From NCBI GenBank assembly GCA_965153285.1, contig OZ229129.1: a stretch of 64,000 nucleotides of DNA; one strand, 5' to 3'. The notes under the pieces were generated by a model. That model searched no databases. It was given only the letters and a program-made list of their open reading frames with translations, and was not told where the DNA came from. A program made the position numbers and the translations under genes. Source of the stretch: Podarcis tiliguerta (Eukaryota). Positions 12,705 to 27,305 of the stretch are shown here, piece after piece. Numbering within the stretch: position 1 is the first letter of the stretch; the number at the start of each line of letters is the position of its first letter.

Positions 12705-14641
12705 ATAAGAACTTATGAAGAGCTCTGCTGGTTAAAGACCCACCTAGTCCAGCATCTCCTTCTCACAGTGTCCAATCAAATGCATCTTTCAGAAGCCTGC
12801 AAGCAGAACCTGGGTGCAACTGTATTCTCCACACCCACAATTCCCAGAAACTGCTACAGTGCAAGAATTGTTCATTTGGCAAAGCTCTGCTTATTCCTGG
12901 CTCTGCACACCCAGATATCCATCTCCTCTAGGACCCTGATGTTGCTGTCCCTGTGGAAGGCTGCCTCCCTCTGTTCAATGCCACAACAATTTTGTTCCTA
13001 CTGACGAATCATCCTTTGCCACTGTCAGCCAGCTGTCTGTTTTCAAGGACCTCAGCAGCATCGATTCTTCCAGCTGCCAAACCAGAGCAAGGCTTTTTTC
13101 CTCTTTTTTGGAACTTCCGTTCCAAGAACTTAAAATTAATGGATGGAGATGGAGGCAGCTGCCTTTGCCAATGGTGATGAAGAGGAAGAGACAGATGCAG
13201 GCTCTTCAGAGCGCTGTATTAATTGACCTACTTCAGTCATCTCTACCCAGAAATTTGTCTTGCAAAGGTTCCCCTTTTTATGAGAAAATGAGCTGTAATT
13301 TCAGATGGCTGGATGATGGGGAGACAGATCTCCAATGGTAGCTTGAATTCTGAGTGGCACATGGAATCATGCTTCCAGGGAAGGAAGTGATGACTGAAGG
13401 TACATCCGCTTTCAAAATGTCAATCCAGACATAAACATTTGAAATGTTGGAGAGTCAAACCATCCAACAGACACTGAGTAGCATACAATATTAGCCCTAC
13501 TTGGAGTAGACCCATTGAAATAAATAGCAATGGTTAACATAGGTTTATTCATTTCAGTATACTCTGAGTATACATTGTTGGATCTCTTGAGCTCTAATTC
13601 TAAGTCAAATTGAACTCAATAAAGCTGCCTTATACTGAGACCAATACGCCATATACCAATGATCCACATAACTCAGCAATGGCTACACTGAATGGCAGTG
13701 GTTCTTCAGAATTTCAGGGAGGGGTCTCTTCTAGCTAGCAGTGAAGTGTGTCATTATGACACCCAGGGTGTGTATACACGTGTGTGTTGGGGGGCACAGG
13801 GCATGCCAGCCCAGCCCTCACCACTGATGCAATGCCAGCCCTGATCTGCTTTGCTAGGTTCAGAGCGGCTCAGGGATGGCAGCATGAGAAGGACGCAACA
13901 GCCATGAGCCCTTCAGTCCCTGCCTCACCCTCGCTTTGCAACAGGGCAGACATGAATCCTTCCAGTCTGTCTGATTTGAAGGGTGCAGACCTGTCCTGCT
14001 GCATCCTCCTCACACCACCCTGCCAGCACCCCCTAGAAAAATGCACTCGGAGCCATTGCCCCAGCAGGCCCCCCATGCCATCTTGAGCCCTTTGGATAAA
14101 TGACATCATTTATTACATCAACACAGGGAAAGCCAGGAAAATGTTTCCCAAACTGATGGAATGAATGAACAAAGATTTTCTCTTTTATTTGAATATTAAT
14201 TATTATTATTTACTTAATGCCCCCCTCTGCAATATGTAGTACACAGATTTGGAAGCAAAGTCAATCCTAGCAAGATGCATTTTTGCTCCCTTTTAAGAAA
14301 GGCAAGTTGGGGTATAGGTGAAACAAGGTTAATCAACAATAACATGATGCAGTTTTGCCCCCTGGGAAAGGAGTAGAAACCGTTTAGAGGAAACAAAGAT
14401 CACATATAATTTACAGATTATATGTGATTTCTGCAGTTTAGCTTGTTGCAGCCCTATTTCTCTGGTAAGGATGGATGAACTTGCCCATTTTAGTTTCTCA
14501 TCTCCCTGATCTTAAATTTAGTTCTTCTCATTTCTGCATTGGTTTGCTTTTAAAAAAAGAGAAGGGGGAAATGAAACATATTGGTGTGAATTTTATCTAA
14601 TGTATAAATATGTTTATACATTAAAATGTATAAAATTTTAA

Positions 14642-14720
14642 TGGCATGCTCTGGTCCATGGGGTCACGAAGAGTCGGACACGACTAAACAACTAAACAAC
14701 TAAACAAACAAAGAAACAAA
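14642..14720 (+). mobile_element. BovB extreme 3' tip
   Basis: ggtccatggggtcacgaagagtcggacacgact followed by an AAAC-rich tail. Confidence 0.8.
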
Positions 14721-16489
14721 CAAACAAATATTTTGTATGTTATTGAACCTAATACTGTATATTGTTTTTTGCAAAGCATTTCCCCCCTAATGTAATGCAT
14801 TTTTACATTGTTTTTGCTAATATATGCTTTTTGTACACACTGATTGGATGCACAACTGCTTTGCAAAATTCAGAGAAGTTATGAATTTCAGAGACTTGCT
14901 ATGTTTTGGCTTGGGTATTGTTTGGGGAAGCATAAATTAGGTAATTTCTCTCACATGCCTACTCTCCCTCACGCTTGGTGTAATCTAGGAAGGCAATTAT
15001 TAGACTTCTAACTTTCTATGCATATAAAGCTATTTTGTTAAAAGGGGGGAATAAAGATACTCACCTTAACTTCACTGTGCCTAACTCTCAGACCTTGGGG
15101 CTGTATCCTATTAAGTTCTACTCGAAGTAAGCTCAATGGAATTAATGCACCTATGTTGGCTGCATCCATTAATTTCAATAGGTTTACCCTGAGGATGAGT
15201 AACATTAGATACGCTTGGTATTCTGATGGGAAGTTGTGTTTTAATCTCTTTAGTATGCATCTCTGTTCTAGTGGCACACCACTGCCCAAGAAATTCAGAG
15301 CTTTAGATACTGCAGAAGACTTCTTCAAACCTAATTTCCTTCCACAAAGAACCATTGATGGAGATTTGTAGAACGTGACACCTGGTTGCCTCATATTATA
15401 GACAAGGGAGACAAAAGAGTGAGCTAATTGTTTCCCATGAATTCGAGTTTAATTCAGTGTGTGTTTAATTAGAGCTGTAAATGGGGGAAGAGAATCAATT
15501 ACTTGTTGCAGAAGCAGACTTTACCAGCTAGTGACAGGATGTGGGGATTAAAATGACTGCAACATTGCATGGATGAGATTGTGAATTGTGGATGGATCTC
15601 AAGGTCTACTTTGATGGGCTTCTTTAAGGTCTTGGTTACTGTTTATTCACTAAAGAAGAGAATTTGGAGATTGGGATGCCTGGGGTTAATTCACACTTCA
15701 CTGGTTTGACAATAGAAATCTGTCTAGCTCACAATGTTAGGCTATATTGCAAATCAACCACCATTTCCAAGTCAGAAAGAAACCAAAGGGAAATCAAACC
15801 CAAAAAGGAAAAACAAGGTATGGTAGATGATAATTAGTGAAAAGGACCATCCACTTTTCATGATGAAGGTCCCAGGTTCAGTCCTTGGCATCTCAGGGTA
15901 TGGCTAAGAAATAGTTCCTGCTTGAAATCCTGGAGAGTTGCTGGCAGAAAGTGTAGACAATAATGAGCTAGATGAAGCAAGGTCTGACTCAAGTATAAAG
16001 CAGCTCTGTGTGTTCTTTTTTATAACTGCAAAGATAAACATACAGTATGAGTAAGTGTCCACTCATGCAACAGGGATTCTCATTCTCCCTACCAGCTCTG
16101 CAGGCTCCTAAAATCTGTCTTGGAAGGCCAGGGAACCCTCTAGTGCAGATTTTGCAGGTGCAAGGGAGGCTGGATGAAGTGGCATTGCCAAAGCAGTTAT
16201 TATAGCATGGCTGGCTGTTTTTAATCTTTGCATTTACAAAATGTGTTTTATGGATTCTCACATATTTGTATAACTTGGAGTTGTGCATTTGTTGACTATT
16301 ATTCATTCTGACATGTTGTTTGTCCTTTTTAAAGCACTGTCTTTCCAAGTAGGTCTTCTTCAGCTTGAAAGGTTAAATGGTATTCTGAGCATGAGAAGTC
16401 AGCATGAATCATATCAAGTACTGGTTTTGCAGTTTCATATGGATCAAGGAGAGCTGCATCAGTAATAAGGACCTAACACTGAATAGCCT

Positions 16490-17069
16490 TTGTGCATGCA
16501 CCTTCAAAGCAGCCTAATCACCTCGTACCTACTGGACCGCCTCTCCTGGTGTGTCCCACTGAGGACCTTAAGGTCTGCAAATAATAACACCCTAAACATC
16601 CCAGGCCCCAGGGAGATTAGACTGGCCTCGACCAGAGCCAGGGCCTTTTCAGTTGTGGCTCCAGCCTCGTGAAACGCTCTCTCACAAGAGACCAGGGCCC
16701 TGCTGGATTTGACATCTTTCCGCAGGGCCTGCAAGACGGAGCTGTTCTGCCAGGCCTTTGGTCGGAGTTCAGTCTGATTCTTTTCTTTCTGTATAAGAAC
16801 AAGCATTAAAGAGGCCTCCTAGCCCACTCACAGGTCCTTTATAAGACCAGTGGTAACATTTGGCCCTGGAGAATATTAACCACTCTCAATTTTACCTGTG
16901 GGCTGCCATTTGTCCAGATTTTAATTTGCTCTGAACTAATTTTAAGATGTATTTTAATTAATTGATTGCCTGTTTTATGTTCTTATCTTCTTTGTATATT
17001 GTGTTAGTTTTATGATGTTAGGTGCCCTGAGCCTGGCTCCGGCTGAGTAGGGCGGGGTACAAATAAAAA

Positions 17070-17122
<53 letters not shown>

Positions 17123-17130
17123 TACTATTA
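16490..17130 (+). mobile_element. L2 LINE 3' end with (TTA)n tail
   Basis: YLLDRLSWCVPLRTLRSA...RARAFSVVAP; long TTA microsatellite at 17071-17130. Confidence 0.8.
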
Positions 17131-18704
17131 TTGAAAGCTAAACTCAAAGCATCAGATTTACATTCCAAACCATTGGGGGGGGGGGTGAGAGAGAGAGAGA
17201 AATAAATGATAATCATAGAAACAGAATAAGCTGTTTTATACTGAATTAGATCTTTGGCCCAAGTATCTCAATATTTTCTGCTCTGACTGGTAGCGACTCT
17301 CCCGGGTTCAGGCAGGGGCTTTTCCTGGTGTTACGTGGAGTCATGAGGGATTGAGCGCAGAACCTTCTCTGTGTTGGTGCAAATGTTCTACCATCAGTAG
17401 CGAACCCATATTTTTTGAGCCCTGAAGCTTGAACTGTTAGGGGGGGCCCTTCACAACCAGCAATGAGGTATGGGTCACCACTGTTATTTTCTTCATTGGG
17501 GTTGTTCCACGACAGATCACCACATATATATTTTTAAAATTAACTACTACATCTTAGATTTTGATTAAAATTGCTGTACTGGATTAGCTCACACATCAAA
17601 GTCACTGTTGTGAATAAAACATTCCTATGCCGTATAGTTTTGAGTTATTGGGGGGGGGGGAATGAAAATTAGGGAAATGTTATACACATGCATGACTAAA
17701 GTCACTTCTGGGTCTCTCTGGGATTAGGAGCCCTGAATCTTAAACTTCATTAGTTTCATAGTAAATCTGCCCCCGTCTTCCACTGAGCTTATTACAAGCT
17801 GGAGCCATTTGTACTTCAAACAAGGTAGTTAAGACCGTCAGTGATGTCATTGAGGAAAATACACCACACAGCCCTATGAATGAATTAATGGATTATGGTC
17901 TAAACGTACATAGAGAGGAACCTAGAAATGCAAGAAAAAAGAATGTAAAAATGTTAGATGTTTAATCACAAGAGTCTGTTGGGTGAGGGTCTGATTTACA
18001 AGGTGGGAGTAAAAGATAAAGGTACACATCCAGAGAGAAGAGATAACACCAAACACAAATCAATTGACTAAAGATAACAAGCTTGAATCACCAGAGACCA
18101 GCAAGGGAATAGTTGACACATTAAAACTTCAGGGTGCTGTTGTATCTGCATAGCACCACTCAGGGGAGCTAACTTGCCTTCCCCCGTACACACACATTGA
18201 CAGGGCGCGGTCATGTGACATGTCACATTGCACGTCATGTGATGTTGCCGTGCAGGGGCAGGATATGCAGAGGGCGATCTCCATGCTTGCTTGTCCAAGC
18301 CCCTGCCTAGCTCTTGGGCTGCCAGCTGTGGCTGGGACGAGTGAAGTAAAGATCACCAGCCACTGCCCAGCTCCCAGGCTCCCGGGCGGAGGCTAGGATG
18401 AGTGTGGTTGATCTTTGCTTCACTCATCCCAGCCCCCACCCAGCTCCTGGACTGCCTGGTGGAGGCTGGGACTGGGGTGCGTGGAGGGCACCTGGTGGTG
18501 GGGTGGCAGCCCCCTAAATATTGGGGGGCACTGCCCCTGTCCTAAAATATTGGGGGAGGTGAAGTCCCCTCCACCCCTTATACCCAGCTCCATTGGCACC
18601 ACCTATGATAAATAATCATATAGTTTAGCCACTTTACTAATCTCAGTCCAGTGCTCAAATTATGGGAGAATAAGGCACTCCTTTGATTTGCTGTTAACCC
18701 CTTA

Positions 18705-19063
18705 AAGGTAAAGGTACCCCTGCCCGTACGGGCCAGTCTTGACAGACTCTAGGGTTGTGTGCCCATCTCACTCAAAGAGGCCAGGGGCCAGCGCTGTCCG
18801 AAGACACTTCGAGGTCACGTGGCCAGCATGACATCGCTGCTCTGGCGAGCCAGAGCCGCACACGGAAACGCTGTTTACCTTCCCGCCAGTAAGCGGTCCC
18901 TAATTATCTACTTGCACTTTGACGTGCTTTCGAACTGCTAGGTTGGCAGGCGCTGGGACCGAACAATGGGAGCGCACCCCGCCGCGGGGATTCGAACCGC
19001 CAACCTTTCGATCGGCAAGCCCTAGGCACTGAGGCTTTAACCCACAGCGCCACCCGCGTCCCA
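18705..19063 (-). mobile_element. Sauria SINE
   Basis: Reverse complement of the same family as 4367-4719; 13-bp TSD tgttaacccctta (18692-18704 and 19064-19076). Confidence 0.92.
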
Positions 19064-19589
19064 TGTTAACCCCTTAGTTACTGCTTTATAAGACTACAAT
19101 GAACATGATTTGATTCCTACCTCCAATTCAAGTGTTCTGCATCCCCCCTTATGATTGCTTGGTTCTCTCCACTATCTCTCTCTGTAGCTAAGTGCTTGAC
19201 TGGGGCAATGCTTTGCCTAGCCCTGATCTGGAACCACATACAGAGTTCTTAGAGGATGAACCAGACAACACACAGGTAAAAAACCTGAGGAGCAAAACTG
19301 TCCCCTGGAAACACAACTGAGGGCCCCTCTGTGGACGGATCTGCTGAAGAACCTTTGTGGCTGTAAGTAGTGGTGGTGGAGTCACTCCCCTAGTCCTTGA
19401 GAAACCTGGTGCAAACAGGTCTGGACCTAGTCATCATGCAGCTTATGAGTAAGGGTTGTCATTGTGACTAAGAAATCACTGGAACATCCAGATGTTGTGA
19501 TTAGGGTGTGGTCTAGGAGGCCATAGTATATAAGGCATCCCCTTTTGATTCTTCCAGTTTCTGGAAACAACACAGATCTCTGGTTTATT

Positions 19590-19880
19590 ATAGAATCATA
19601 GAAATGTAGAGTTGGAAGGGACCTCAAGGAAACCGCCCCCCCCCAAAGAATCAATGACAGATGGTCATCCAACCTCTGCTTTAAAACCTCCAAGGAAGGA
19701 GAGTCTATAATCTTATGAGGAAGACCAGTCCACTGTCAAACAGTGCTTGCTATCAGAATTTTTTTCCTGATGTTTAGTCAGAATCTTTCTTGTCTTGTAA
19801 CTTGAAGCCACTCGTTCGAGTCCTACCCTCCAGAGCACAAGAAAACAAACTTGTTTCCTCTTCCATGCGACAGCCCTTGT
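19590..19880 (-). mobile_element. CR1 3' end
   Basis: ATTCTATG-type tail; LEVLKQRLDDHLS; RTRTSGFKLQ. Confidence 0.82.
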
Positions 19881-20279
19881 TCCCGGGTTCTTGATTATAG
19901 TATCTCCTCCTTGCTGCATTGTGCCTAACCTGAAATCTTTCTGATATTGACTCTGAGCTGTTACCCGACCTTAGCTCTGGCTCATGTTTTGAATTCACAC
20001 TGATTATTTTTGCTTTGTTTGAGTGAACTGTGATGCACCTTTTGATTGCTCCCACCAAAAGGCTTATACCTCCTGAGATTAAGGCTCTAGCACCTGAGGG
20101 CACCCACATGTGTGAGAGGACAATCTAGTATCCAACTCTGTCATACTTTGGTTACTCAGCTCGTGTAGTGGAGGAATGCTTTCATCCACACTAAGAAGAT
20201 CAGGATTTCCTGTTCAGGGCCAAAATTCACTTTCCTTTAAAGCATTGTCTGACCACTGGTGAATCTGACCAAAGGTCTA

Positions 20280-20488
20280 CAGTGATACTTCAGGGTACAG
20301 ACCTTTCAGGTTACAGACTCCGCTAACCCAGAAATAGTACCCCAGGTTAAGAACTTTGCTTCAGGATGAGAACAGAAATCGCACGGCAGCAGCGCAGTGG
20401 CAGCGGGAGGCCCCATTAGCTAAAGTGGTACCTCAGGTTAAGAACGGACCTCCAGAACGAATTAAGTTCTTAACTTGAGGTACCGCTG
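20280..20488. mobile_element. Tc1/mariner-type MITE
   Basis: TA|CAGTGATACT...GGTACCGCTG|TA; same family as 11951-12177. Confidence 0.85.
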
Positions 20489-20989
20489 TATTTAGTTAAG
20501 CATTCTGTTTCCCACAGTGGCCAGGCACATGCCACAGGTTTAATAGCCATGGACCACCTGTTTCTCCTTTAATTTGCTGAATACCCTACTAAAGACATCT
20601 AGCTGGTGGCCACCTCCACAGTGGTAGTAATGTCATAGTTTAACCATGAGCTGCATGAACAAGTCATTTTTCTTGCATATTCTCTCCCATTGTTCAACTT
20701 TTTTGGATGATCCTGAGTTCTAGGTCACATCTGCATCAACACTCATGGTTTCCTCCAAAGAATCATAAAAGCTGGAGTTTGTAAAACAACCACCATTTAG
20801 CCCAGCTGCAACTTTAACTAATGCCAGGTGTAGGGCAGGTAGGCTTTACCCAAAGGCCTTGTAGGTAAAATTGGGAGGCCTGGAGGGGCTAGAAGTTGCC
20901 CTCCACTAAATTAGGCTCTATTTGAACTAGACATTCAACCCAGTATCATGACTTTAAGCAAAGTTCCCTGGGAAAAAGCACTGGTGGTA

Positions 20990-21430
20990 GTAGTAATAGT
21001 AGTAGTAGTAGTAGTAGTAATAATAATAATAATATATTATTTTTACCCCACCCATCTGGCTGGGCTTCCCCAGCCACTCTGGGCAGCTTCCAACAAAGAT
21101 TAAAAATACATTAAAATGTCACACATTAAAAACTTCCCTGAACAGGGCTGCCTTAAGATGTCTTCTAAATGTCAGATCTCTTTGACATCTGATGGGTGGG
21201 CATTCCACACGACAGGCGCCACTACCAAAAAGGCCCTCTGCCTGGTTCCCTGTAGCTTTGCTTCTTGCAGTGAGGGAACCGCCAGAAGGCCCTCAGCACT
21301 GGACCTCAGTGTCCGGGTAGAACAATGGGGGTGGAGACACTCCTTCAGGTATACTGCATCAAGGCCGTTTAGGACTTTAAAGGTCAGCACCAACACTTTC
21401 TGGGTCACCTTCAAAGGTAGCCCCACGTAA
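20990..21430 (-). mobile_element. L2 3' end
   Basis: VLVLTFKVLNGL..YLKECLHPH..RTLRSS..RAFLVVAPVVWN; (TAC/TAT)n tail; same family as 6040-7859. Confidence 0.85.
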
Positions 21431-22250
21431 CTGGTTGTTAAAACACTATGTGATTTGTAGCTCTGTAAGAAATCTGTGGGAACCATGACTGTTAAAGTGG
21501 TATAGTAGAGTTTAAAGCATAAGGTGCGGATGTGGCCCTAGTGTTATAACAGAGGGAGAAAAACTTCACTTTCTCCACAAAATGCATCCCATGCATAAGT
21601 TTATAAAACTCTACCATATCCCCTTTTCTAAATTAAGAATCCACAAACATTTCAATGCTTCCTTATAGGGTGTTGCTACAGGCTGCTGATCATCCTGGCT
21701 GCCATTTCATAATTTTCTTTTCTCTTGCCTTGTTGAATCTACAGAATAAATGTGTTGTTTATGAAAAGGACAGAAGATGCTTCATGAAAGATTTATCTGC
21801 TGTAGGAACTGCCAAGAGCATAATTATTGTCTGGGCACTGAAACTATTTGACATTCTCCAAACAAACAAATAAACAAATACTCCAATGGTTCCTGCAAGA
21901 AGAATTAATAGATGAATGGGGAAAGTGATTAGGAGAATATATAGATGGAGAGATACGTGAGGAGGAAAGAACATGACTCAGCTGTTCCTCATTTGAAATG
22001 GATGCATGGCTTGCATAACTTTTTGTTGGATTAAAAGCGTGTTTCTTTTTGTAAGGAGAAAAAAGTGATAGCATGGTTTGCTGAGGTAGGGAAAGTTTTG
22101 TATATGAAGACCCTCTGCCAGTCACAGTAAACCCAGAGGTCATCAGCACCTCAGGATATTGAAGCATAGCTTCCATCATCCCAAGCCAGCAATCCCAATG
22201 ACAGCAACATCTGAAAGGGACCGCATTGGCTTCCTCTGTAGTGGGCAATA

Positions 22251-22491
22251 CAGTGGTACCTCGGATCACGGACACTTCAGGTTACAGACACTTCAGGTTA
22301 CAGACTCTGCTAATCCAGAAATAGTACCTCGGGTAAGAACTTTGCTTCAGGATGAGAACAGAAATCGTGCTCTGATGGCGCAGCAGCAGCGGGAGGCCCC
22401 ATTAGCTAAAGTGGTGTCGCAGGTTAAGAACAGTTTCAGGTTAAGAATGGACCTCTGGAATGAATTAAGTTCTTAACCCAAGGTACCACTG
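22251..22491. mobile_element. Tc1/mariner-type MITE
   Basis: TA|CAGTGGTACC...GGTACCACTG|TA. Confidence 0.9.
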
Positions 22492-24661
22492 TATTGGACT
22501 AAATGGACCAATAGTCTGACTGACAGGGAAGATCAATGTGCAACGATAGAGCACATGATTTGCAAGCAGAATGTCTCATGTTTAATCCTCAGCCTTCTGG
22601 TTAATAAGGAATATCAAACTGAAGGGTGGGAAAAGATTTCTGCTAAAGAATTTGAGGAACTACAACTAATCAGAGCAAACAGTGCTGGGTGGGCTAGCTA
22701 GATAGACCAATCTTCTGACTTTGCATATGCTACAATCAGGTTTTATTGCATGCCCCTGATAGTATTTGCTATCTAGGGGGAAAGTATATCCAAGGAGCAC
22801 GAGGCAACAGTAACTCAACTAGATTCTAGGTTTTGGTGCCAGAGCTCAAGATTAATGCTGAAATACAGAAAAAGATTATGACAAGAGCTACAAACTATAT
22901 CAATAAAGATTAAGAAATCAAATTCTATAACGAAATGCCTAAAGTACTAGAAATCATTAGCTTGTGTTAAAAAAAAAATTGGTTACCAGTTTTCAGGTAC
23001 CCTTCTTAAAATCAGAACTTTAAGCTCCGTTTATTATATTTTTTAATTCTGCTATCTTCCATAGATACAGGATGTCCCTTATTACCCTCACAGCAGCCCT
23101 GTGAGAGGTAAGTTAGATTGAGATAATAATGCAGCACTTTCTACTGCAGTGCTATACAAAATCCTCACATGCTATCTTGTCAGCAATCTATACAACAGAG
23201 AAGAGTTAATAGCTGGAACTGTCCATTGAACAGGTGTGGTGACGTAACACAGAAAGTGTAGCCAAACCTTTTGTGCTCCAGATGATGGTGGACTACAACT
23301 CCCATAATCCCTGATGGCTGGGGTTATATGGGAGCTGAAGTCCAACCATATCTGGATGACAGTATGTTGGCCACACCTACAATACAGTCAGAGCTGAATC
23401 ATGCAGCTAACTGTGTAGGACAGGATGCAGAAGCCAGCCAGTGGTCAGGGTTCAAGAGAAAGACAGGAGTGATAAAACTAGAAGGCAGGGCTGAGAGGAA
23501 AGCCAGATATCAAAACCAGAGAGCAAGTCAGGACTGAAAAGAAAAACTAGCCTGCCACTCAAGCATCCCAAGTTGAGCAGGATATCCTGGAATTACAGAA
23601 GCCATCACAGCTTCTGATTAGATCCCAGAATGTACCATATTTGGTCCAGCTTGTGCAAGTCAGTTGACTTGTGCCAGAGTGCAGAACCAAAGGACACTCA
23701 TTTTTTGTTCTCAACTCTGTCGTGGATCAGCTGGCTTGCACCAGAGCGGTGGACCAAAAATTGATTGTCCTGATTTTGATTAGTGAGGTGTTGGAACACA
23801 TAAACTAGGAGGCAGGAAGCCAAGCAGGTATTAGGACCGAAGAGAAAGCCAGGCCAACAAGGCAACCAGGAGACAGGGCTCAGTCAAGACCAAAGATGCA
23901 TGAGTAAGCCATAGCTCTGAAATTCCTTGTTGTTCAAGCAAGGCTCAACTGGAACAGGAAGTCCTTTTATGTTCATTCCTGCTCAGAAGAATCAATGATC
24001 GGACGAAAATCAGTCCAGGGACTGAGAAGCTGCCATCTGCAGTTCAGTGACTAACTACATGGGGCAGCCACACACTGTTCCAGCAATACCTAAGAGTTGG
24101 GTTAGTTTCATAAGATTTATACACCACTTGATTGCAAAAAAACACACCCCAAAACGCAAAATGGTTTACAAAAGATAAAACATTAAAATCAAGAAAAAGA
24201 TCATAACCATACTTTAAAACATACAAAAGTTAAAATACTGAAACAAATTTAAATTACCAGTTTTAAGATAGTTATTTAGCCGCTACTAAAAAGACTTACT
24301 CCAGTACTTATGGAAACAACATCTTTATTCTGGGTGTATCATACCAAGGCCCCAAGAAACAATAGAACCTTTACCTCAAGCTTCTTCTTGCACTCCACAA
24401 GAAGGCAGATTGTCCCTCCTCCAAACATTAACCCTTGGTTTACTGACAGCACATTCTTTACCTGTACTGGTAAAGTGCCTAGTGTGGCCCCTTGCATGAT
24501 GATATTTAGGTGCGTACAGAAGACACCTTTGTTTAGGAAGGCTAACCCAGTCATTTAGGAAGGAGCAAATTTTTATATGGTGCGATTGTTTCATTGTTTT
24601 TAGAGTTTGTGTGGGTGATTTTGGTGTTTTAGAGTTTGTTATGGTCCTTAGAATTTGTGTA

Positions 24662-24890
24662 CAGTCATGCCTCGGGTTACAGACGCTTCAGGTTGCGTTT
24701 TTTCAGGTTACGGACCATTGAAACCCGGAAGTACCAGAATGGGTTACTTCCGGGTTTTGGCGGTTGCGCATGCGCAGAAGCGCCAAATTGCAACCTGCGT
24801 GTGCACAGACGCGCTGCTGCGGGTTGTGAACGCTGCGGGTTGCAAACATGCATCCCACACGGATCACGTTCGCAACCTGAGCGTCCACTG
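24662..24890. mobile_element. Tc1/mariner-type MITE (related, CpG-rich subfamily)
   Basis: TA|CAGTC...CCACTG|TA with internal palindromic segments (aaacccggaagta/tacttccgggttt). Confidence 0.8.
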
Positions 24891-25569
24891 TATCTGCATT
24901 TGTTTTTACTGTGCACACTACTTCTCTGGCTTTGTGCTGTGAAGTGATCTATCAATATTATCATTATCATTATCATCATCACCATAATTATTATTGATAA
25001 GAGCCTCAGTTTCCTATGTTCAAATTCACCTTTCTGCTTCACGGATGCAGAATATTTTTTTTTTCAACCAGAGGGCCATATTATGTTCTGGACAGTCTTC
25101 TGAGGGCCATTTTCTGACAACAGTGGCCATGTCCAGACACAAAAATTAGAGAAACAACAAATGTAAATGTTGCTTTTGTACAGTAGGTTAATTTCTACAT
25201 CTAAGTGCACACACAACCTATTCTCCATCTAGGCAAGCAGGAGGCATTATCAGAGCTGAATGACACATTCCAGCCAGGCAAAAACACACACGGAGAGTGC
25301 TAAACAGAGCCAGTGGAAGAGTGTGGCCTAGGGAGAGTTATGAGGACAAGATAGAGAGGCCCAGAAGGTCATATTCAATACCCAGTCCTGAGGCTCCCAC
25401 CCCTGTTCTATTTCCTACCCAACACCAGTTCCAAGGTCACGTGACCTCCCTGCCATTTTGTCTCTCTACCTCAACCGCTTTACTGCCACAGCATATGATT
25501 AACTGAAATATAAGCTGTATTCCTGGAATGAAAAACTGATAGACTCACAAAGCTTCCCCCTCCCATTCT

Positions 25570-25733
25570 NNNNNNNNNNNNNNNNNNNNNNNNNNNNNNN
25601 NNNNNNNNNNNNNNNNNNNNNNNNNNNNNNNNNNNNNNNNNNNNNNNNNNNNNNNNNNNNNNNNNNNNNNNNNNNNNNNNNNNNNNNNNNNNNNNNNNNN
25701 NNNNNNNNNNNNNNNNNNNNNNNNNNNNNNNNN
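25570..25733. other. Assembly gap (164 N)
   Basis: Run of N characters. Confidence 1.
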
Positions 25734-27305
25734 AAGAGGCTTCCAAATACCCCTGTGACTAAATCAGGCTCAAATTAGGGAAATACGATGTTAAATTGTA
25801 TCAGAGAGAAGCAGAGATTATCCTTTTGAGCACTGACATTCATTAGCTACCAGCCACCCCATGTATCTTCATAATGAAAAAGTGTCAGCCGCTCCTCACC
25901 GTAAAGTTTTCATTTAAGGGCTGCTGGTCCTTTCATCACAGTGATTGGAAAAGGGGGGTGGGGAGGGCAGGGGGGGGGCAGAGTGGAGATCAGGCCGTGG
26001 TCAACATTCCATCATCTTTGCTGATGGATCAGTTGCTGGGAGAATGATGCAGGTAGAGCGTTGTGCCGGATATAAGCACGCCCTGCACTGTTGTCTCAGA
26101 TTTAGGAGCCTGGCATCTGCTCCCGACGGTCATCATATCCCCATCAAGACAAATAAATGTGTTGCCAGCATAGCCCGCCTTGAAGAACATCTTGTTGAGA
26201 TGAAAGCCTTGGATAGATGTCGGGGGGGGGGGCAGGTTTGCAGCGGACAGTGCTTGGGAGAAGTAGTCGGGGGGCTTGGCGAGAGCTCTCCAAAGCTCTC
26301 ACGGGGAAAATATAAGAGTCCATTATAGCCTTAGCTTCTAAAACAGCCCTGGTGTCTGACTCTGCCCAGGCAAAACACAAATCAAAGAGGCTGATTCCAC
26401 ACATTTTCCACTTTGGGGGTCTTTTTATTTTATTTTTGTAGCCATGGCAACAAATGCAGTGGGAAATTGCAAGTTTCAAGACACACGAAGTCAGCAAGCA
26501 TCTTTATAGCTTAGGGAGATGAAGAAAATGAGGGAGCTAAAGGAGCCAATAGAGAAAGAGAGCGGCAGAGCCTTGCACAGTGCCAATAGAAACCAGTACC
26601 AGTACCAGGAACCAGGAACTAAAGCTGCTTCCAAAATACTCCTCATAGGGAAGGGAGAATCAGTCTCTTTCCAGTCCAGATCACTTTCACATATGTTCAC
26701 CCATGCCTGTTCCAACCCGTTTCCACAGTAATCTGCCTTTTTAATTATTATTTTAAAAAACTCAGCACAGAAAACTGTCCTTAATTATGTATTTTCTCTT
26801 AAAACACCCAAATAGATTTTAACACATCTTTGAGCTGGGTTTTGGAATATTTGGAAAATAGCAAAGCCAGTGGATAGGTTAAGTTTCAGTCCAATGCATT
26901 ACTACAAGAAAGGTCACAGGGCACCTGGAATGGGCCAGGATTTTCCCTGGCATTCAAGTACTGTATATCCATAAATCCATACAAGTGTAGACATGGCTGG
27001 CCTGCCCAAGAGGCAAGGTAAGGCAACCTCCTTGGATGGCAGGATCCACAGGGGAAGCAGATCTTGATGTAGATATTTATTCCCCACCTTGTTCCTGATG
27101 TAGATCTTTACTCACCCCTTCTTTCCTGGCAGGGAAGGAATGCACAATTTTGTGGTTTGCCTAAAGTACCAAAAAGTCTTGGGGTGGCCCTGAGTGTAGA
27201 GCTCTTTCCAATTAGGGATGAATGAATCAGTCAGTGCGTTGCATCCTAGTTCTACACAGAGTAGACACAATGAAATTCATGTGCGTAAGTGAGTCTACTA
27301 TAACT

